A stretch of 64,000 bases of DNA from Intoshia linei. Lineage: Eukaryota > Animalia > Orthonectida. Positions 62,401-64,000 of this stretch are shown one piece after another (within the stretch, counting starts at the first letter, position 1; every line of letters begins with the position of its first letter). Under the pieces are notes generated by a model that saw only the letters and a list, made by a program, of their open reading frames with translations, searched no databases and was not told the origin of the DNA. The position numbers and the translations under genes were made by a program. The stretch lies in NCBI GenBank assembly GCA_001642005.1, contig LWCA01000012.1, forward strand, positions 27,159 through 91,158, in the 5' to 3' direction.

Positions 62401-64000
62401 TCAATATGATTCAGTAATTTTATAAGTTAATTTGTTTGACTGTTATGTACTACGTACAAACAGCACCTAGCTCTGCCAAGGCACATTTTTATTTTAATCG
62501 AAATATTTGAAAAATAATGGTTGAAAATATATTAAAAATTATTTTACACCGAGAATGCGTAGATTTCTGCGGTTGAAATTTTGTAATATTTAAATAATAT
62601 AGATAAATATATAAAAACAATATTTATAATTTTAAAATCCGTATCAAAGTATATATTTTTTTAATTTCTTGAATTCGTTTGATTTTCAAAAAAAAGGACA
62701 ATTGGGCTTTTTCACCCGTAATATGTGAGTTTATGAGGTTAAAATTTTTTTTGTTAACACTCCAGAAGAAACTGTAATTGAAATGTGGACTTATAACATT
62801 CTAAAACTAGTAATTATTGAAATAAACGGTAACACACACAGACAAACAAATATTGCATAGCATATTATATAAGTAAGGATACTTACTAAGGATTCACGTC
62901 AGTAATGTATGTTTTACTATTCAATTTTAATATTTTATAAATTCTGACAAGAAAAAGGATCATTAATCATACTTTTTTATTTTTCAAATTCACTTGTTTC
63001 CAAACTTTTCAAAAAATATAACCAATTTATTTTAAAAAATTTAATTTAAAATTTAATGTTGAAAAATAGTCTGGTGGGATCTAATAAAACTATTTTCATT
63101 TCATATTTTCGCAAAAATTGTGTTAGTTTTTATTAATTATCAAATTATATTATGAACAATGTTGAGTGAATATTGATATAAATGTTTTCAATTTAGTGAA
63201 TCTTAATTTTCATATCAATATATAACAAATTTTCTGTAATTTAAATGAATAGGTATTATAAAACTGGTAAATATATCAAATTTTAATAATTAACGAGAAC
63301 TTTACATTTTGTATAAGTAATAAAATTAATGAAATTAAGTAAAAATCAGAGTAGAATATTACAAACTTGCAATTTCAAAATTGTTTTGCGGTAGATTTGA
63401 AAATTCTTTGCGGAACCCTTATCTTCCTCGGAATCCACTTTGGGAACCACTACTAAAATTATTAATCTTGTTAAATGTATTAAATTTGCTTTTTTTACGT
63501 TTTTTATAATTTTAATTTTTAACTCATACATGTATGTGATATCTTTCTATAGGATATAATATTCTCTGTGGACAAACAAAATGTGACAGTTTGGAAATTA
63601 CCAATTGTGAAAATGTTATGTCAAGTTAATGTAATTCTTAAATTAAAATTAACTGCATTATATACAATATATATATATGTATTTAATGTAAATAATTATT
63701 ATTATTTTATATAATAATCAAATTAACTTGTAGAATAATTATGAACAAGTATTTTCATTAAAATTTATTCCTCCGTCATATGATAAAAGATTAATAATAA
63801 TTGGTAAAGAATTGGTAGAATGGTGGGAATTTAATGAGGATTCAAGTTGTTTAAAACCACTGAAAACTCCAATATATGGGGTATTTTGATTTATTATACA
63901 TTTTAGTAAAATTAATGTAATAATAAAAATATAAATATGTTTAATGTAATGTAATAATATAAGTAAAACGGTAAAATATATTTATGTTAATGGAAACCCA
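56481..64000 (+). CDS. EML/EMAP-like protein with N-terminal EF-hands, HELP motif and WD40 repeats; start uncertain, 3' end beyond window
   Basis: EF-hands FKKYDKDKSGILSRSK|I and CDKEDNGQVS|WPDFLDYL; HELP motif PPENKLKIEWI|YGYSGKQSRDNILFV..IVYNVASTVVIF..QRHFRQHTSIVT; then LALHSNQNTLASAQ..PRILVWQ. Confidence 0.82.
57010..57381. mobile_element. hAT-type MITE (degenerate)
   Basis: CAGTGATTCTTTACCGGTGTGCCGC .. CGGTTAAAAAACACTG termini; flanks TTCTATAC/TTATGTAC. Confidence 0.6.
58971..60224 (+). mobile_element. Chapaev3-type (CMC superfamily) DNA transposon, internally deleted, with transposase C-terminal pseudogene
   Basis: Perfect 12-bp TIRs CACTGTCCAACA / TGTTGGACAGTG with TTA on both sides. 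About 59320-59720 translates to KLMAGILNGPQIRKLLKD..FFI*NNRSENYKDLID..YSIKMHYLEYHLDFF..SDEKGEQFHQ. Confidence 0.85.
62437..62879 (-). mobile_element. Helitron-like repeat, internally deleted copy with both ends
   Basis: Minus-strand start A|TCCTTACTTATATAATATGCT at 62879 and the 3' hairpin region GGCAGAGCTAGGTGCTGTTTGTACGTAGTACATAACAGTC at about 62437-62480. Confidence 0.7.

Overview
Very AT-rich, gene-dense eukaryotic (metazoan) DNA with GT-AG introns, many only about 36-50 nt long. The style is compatible with a compact genome such as an orthonectid, but the species cannot be proven from this window. The ORF track shows only exon fragments, so genes were rebuilt by hand from splice sites and reading phase. 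In order: CEP72/LRRC36-like LRR gene (-, runs off the left end); decayed Ty3/Gypsy pol; a thioredoxin-domain gene (WCGAC, +) carrying an intronless antisense serpin in intron 3; a MULE/SWIM relic; an NME8/TXNDC3-like Trx + 3xNDK gene whose Trx motif is WCGPV; eIF3e (-); N-myristoyltransferase (+); OFD1-like (-); Dbx homeobox (+); a WD40 gene (+); and an EF-hand + HELP + WD40 EML-like gene (+, runs off the right end). Introns and intergenic DNA hold many copies of a Helitron-like repeat, hAT- and Tigger-type MITEs, a Chapaev3-type transposon with intact ends and a foldback array. Highlights: (1) an apparently subfunctionalised tandem pair of NME8-type genes, one keeping CxxC without NDK and one keeping three NDKs without CxxC; (2) the nested, probably non-inhibitory secreted serpin; (3) extreme tail-to-tail packing, with NMT/OFD1 stop codons 4 nt apart and a palindromic bidirectional poly(A) signal between NME8 and eIF3e. 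All family assignments are from motif recall, not database searches.
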